DNA of 64,000 nucleotides from NCBI RefSeq assembly GCF_009914755.1, contig NC_060925.1; one strand, 5' to 3'. Below, piece by piece: positions 62,250 through 64,000 of this stretch. The notes below the pieces were generated by a model. That model was not told the origin of the DNA, searched no databases, and saw nothing but the letters and a program-made list of their open reading frames with translations. Position numbers and translations under genes: made by a program. This stretch comes from the human T2T-CHM13v2.0 reference genome, Homo sapiens. How positions within the stretch are numbered: position 1 is the first letter of the stretch; each line of letters begins with the position of its first letter.

Positions 62250-62930
62250 TATCTAGTCAATTTCTACTTATATTTATGCTTATTTCAGATATATTTTCTT
62301 TCATTTTTTTTTGTTTGTTTTTTGTTTTTTGTTTTTTGTTTTGAGACAGAGTCTTGCTCTGTCACCCAGGCTGGAGTGCAGTGGTGCGATCTCGGCTCAC
62401 TGCAACCTCGGCTTCCTGGGTTCAAGCGATTCTCCTGCCTCAGCCTCTTGACTAGCTAGGACTACAGACGCGCGCCACCATGCCAGGCAAATTTTTGTAT
62501 TTTTAGTAGAGACGGGGTTTCACCATGTTGGCCAAGCTGGTCTTGAACTCCTTAACTCAAGCGATCTGCCCACGTCAGTCTCCGAAAGTGCTGGCATTAC
62601 AGGCATGAGCCGCCGAGCCCAGCCTTCAGATGTATTTCAATGGTCACTTCCTCAAAGAAGCTTTCCTTCCTTTTTTCTTGGTTTAGTTTTAAGTTCACTT
62701 GTTACCGGTTATTAGTGACTAACACATAAGCTGATGCTCTTTTATTTACCTCAGTTTATGATCAGCCATTTATTGCTGCAATTTTTTTCTGTCGGTACCT
62801 GTTTCTACTACTAGACTGTGACCTCATGAGATCAGAAGCTGTATCTACTTTTCCTTCGCGTTATATTCCCAGTGCCTCACACAGTATGTGACCCATCTTG
62901 TGGTTCAATAAATAATTGTTTAGTGGATTA
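62250..62930 (+). mobile_element. L2 3' end interrupted by an Alu
   Basis: 'gtcacttcctcaaagaagctttcct', 'ctagactgtgacctcatgag', 'cccagtgcct.acacagt','ttcaataaata'. Confidence 0.75.
62304..62624 (-). mobile_element. Alu (AluS-type)
   Basis: Antisense dimer; TSD ttcagat(a/g)tattt. Confidence 0.96.
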
Positions 62931-64000
62931 GTAAGTATTTAAGTTCAAGGTATGGATAACTAATGATAGTTTAATATGTCCCATATACTAAGTGCATTTT
63001 CAGGCAAGGGGAGAAAATATCTTAAAGGAATCTCCAATAGAAAATTTCAAGCATCTTCAACATGACGAAGAGAAAACTCTCCGTGGGAAGGGTTAGTGCT
63101 CCTTCCTATCACTCTTCAATGGATGCCACATAAGTGGCCTTCTAGTCCCTGCAATAAGATACAATAAGATATTGAGGATAGTTGCCTGCATTCTCAGAGT
63201 GTGTCACATTCCAGCTCCCTTTCTGTGACTGTGAACTCTCATCTTCCTCCAAACGGCCCTGCAGGGTTGATGGCTCTACATCAAGCAGCTAGGTTAGAGT
63301 TAGGAGATAACTTAAGCAATGGGATAGTAATGTTGTCCTTGCCCTGGGCTTAAAGTGACCTGGATAACACAAGATCCTTAGTACCGTCAGGCTTTTTCCT
63401 CTTTTTTTGTACCTTTGCATCAACATTATAAAAGTGATTGAAATTGCTATCCTCGGTTGGTGTGGAATTAAGGGGAGTCTTTGGTCCTTATAACCATTAA
63501 AGTCTTAATTAAGTCAAAAATGGGAACTCATTACCTCCTGTGCTGCTCCTGTGATCTAGCTTTCAGATTACATCACTGCCATAAGTGTGGGCCTGCAGTC
63601 TCTGCTTCTAACCAAAAGGCACCTTTTGCTCCAGAATGGTCATCATACAATCTTGTCTCTTCACAAAGGTTGTAGTCAACTTCTCATTGAACAATGCTTC
63701 TTTTTTTATTATCTAGAATGGCAGAAGGGATATAACATTTGAGCTTCAGGACAATGTTGGAACTTAAAAAAATTCCAGTGCAATGTAAAAGGCAAGTTAT
63801 ACATTTCTTGAGGAAAAAAAAAGACTATCTTACCCATTTTTAATGGCTTTCTCAGTAACTAGCAATTGCTGGTACTAGGCAAAAATTGTTCATTGGTTAA
63901 CTGATTGTTTTTTAGTTGGACTGAATTGACACCATTGGTCAGGGTACCCACACTGTGTTAAATAAGAGTTGAGATCAGTGGTTCTTGAAATGCTGGTCCT

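Overview
Primate (very probably human or other catarrhine) AT-rich, repeat-dense intergenic or deep-intronic DNA. I cannot identify a host protein-coding gene, RNA gene, CpG island or the genomic locus. Roughly half of the window is interspersed repeat. It contains an ancient antisense L1 (1-11.3 kb) carrying nested younger L1s, a complete THE1 MaLR and five Alus. There is also a near-complete, very old ERV-L provirus (gag-pro-pol-dUTPase, 31.4-37.8 kb), a second internally deleted ERV-L on the opposite strand (48.0-50.7 kb), a 5'-truncated L1PA inserted into an Alu linker (55.9-57.8 kb), about 18 Alus in all, and MLT1, L2, MIR and hAT MITE fossils. The only long ORF (534 aa) is L1 ORF2. I find no convincing new biological system. 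The leads most worth checking are DUX4-type motifs in both THE1 LTRs, a 63-nt in-frame candidate exon inside a repeat-free block with enhancer-like motifs (39.8-42.4 kb), a perfect 30-bp AT-rich inverted repeat, and several insertion or deletion scars that can be read mechanistically. All subfamily names come from recalled consensus sequences, not from a database search.
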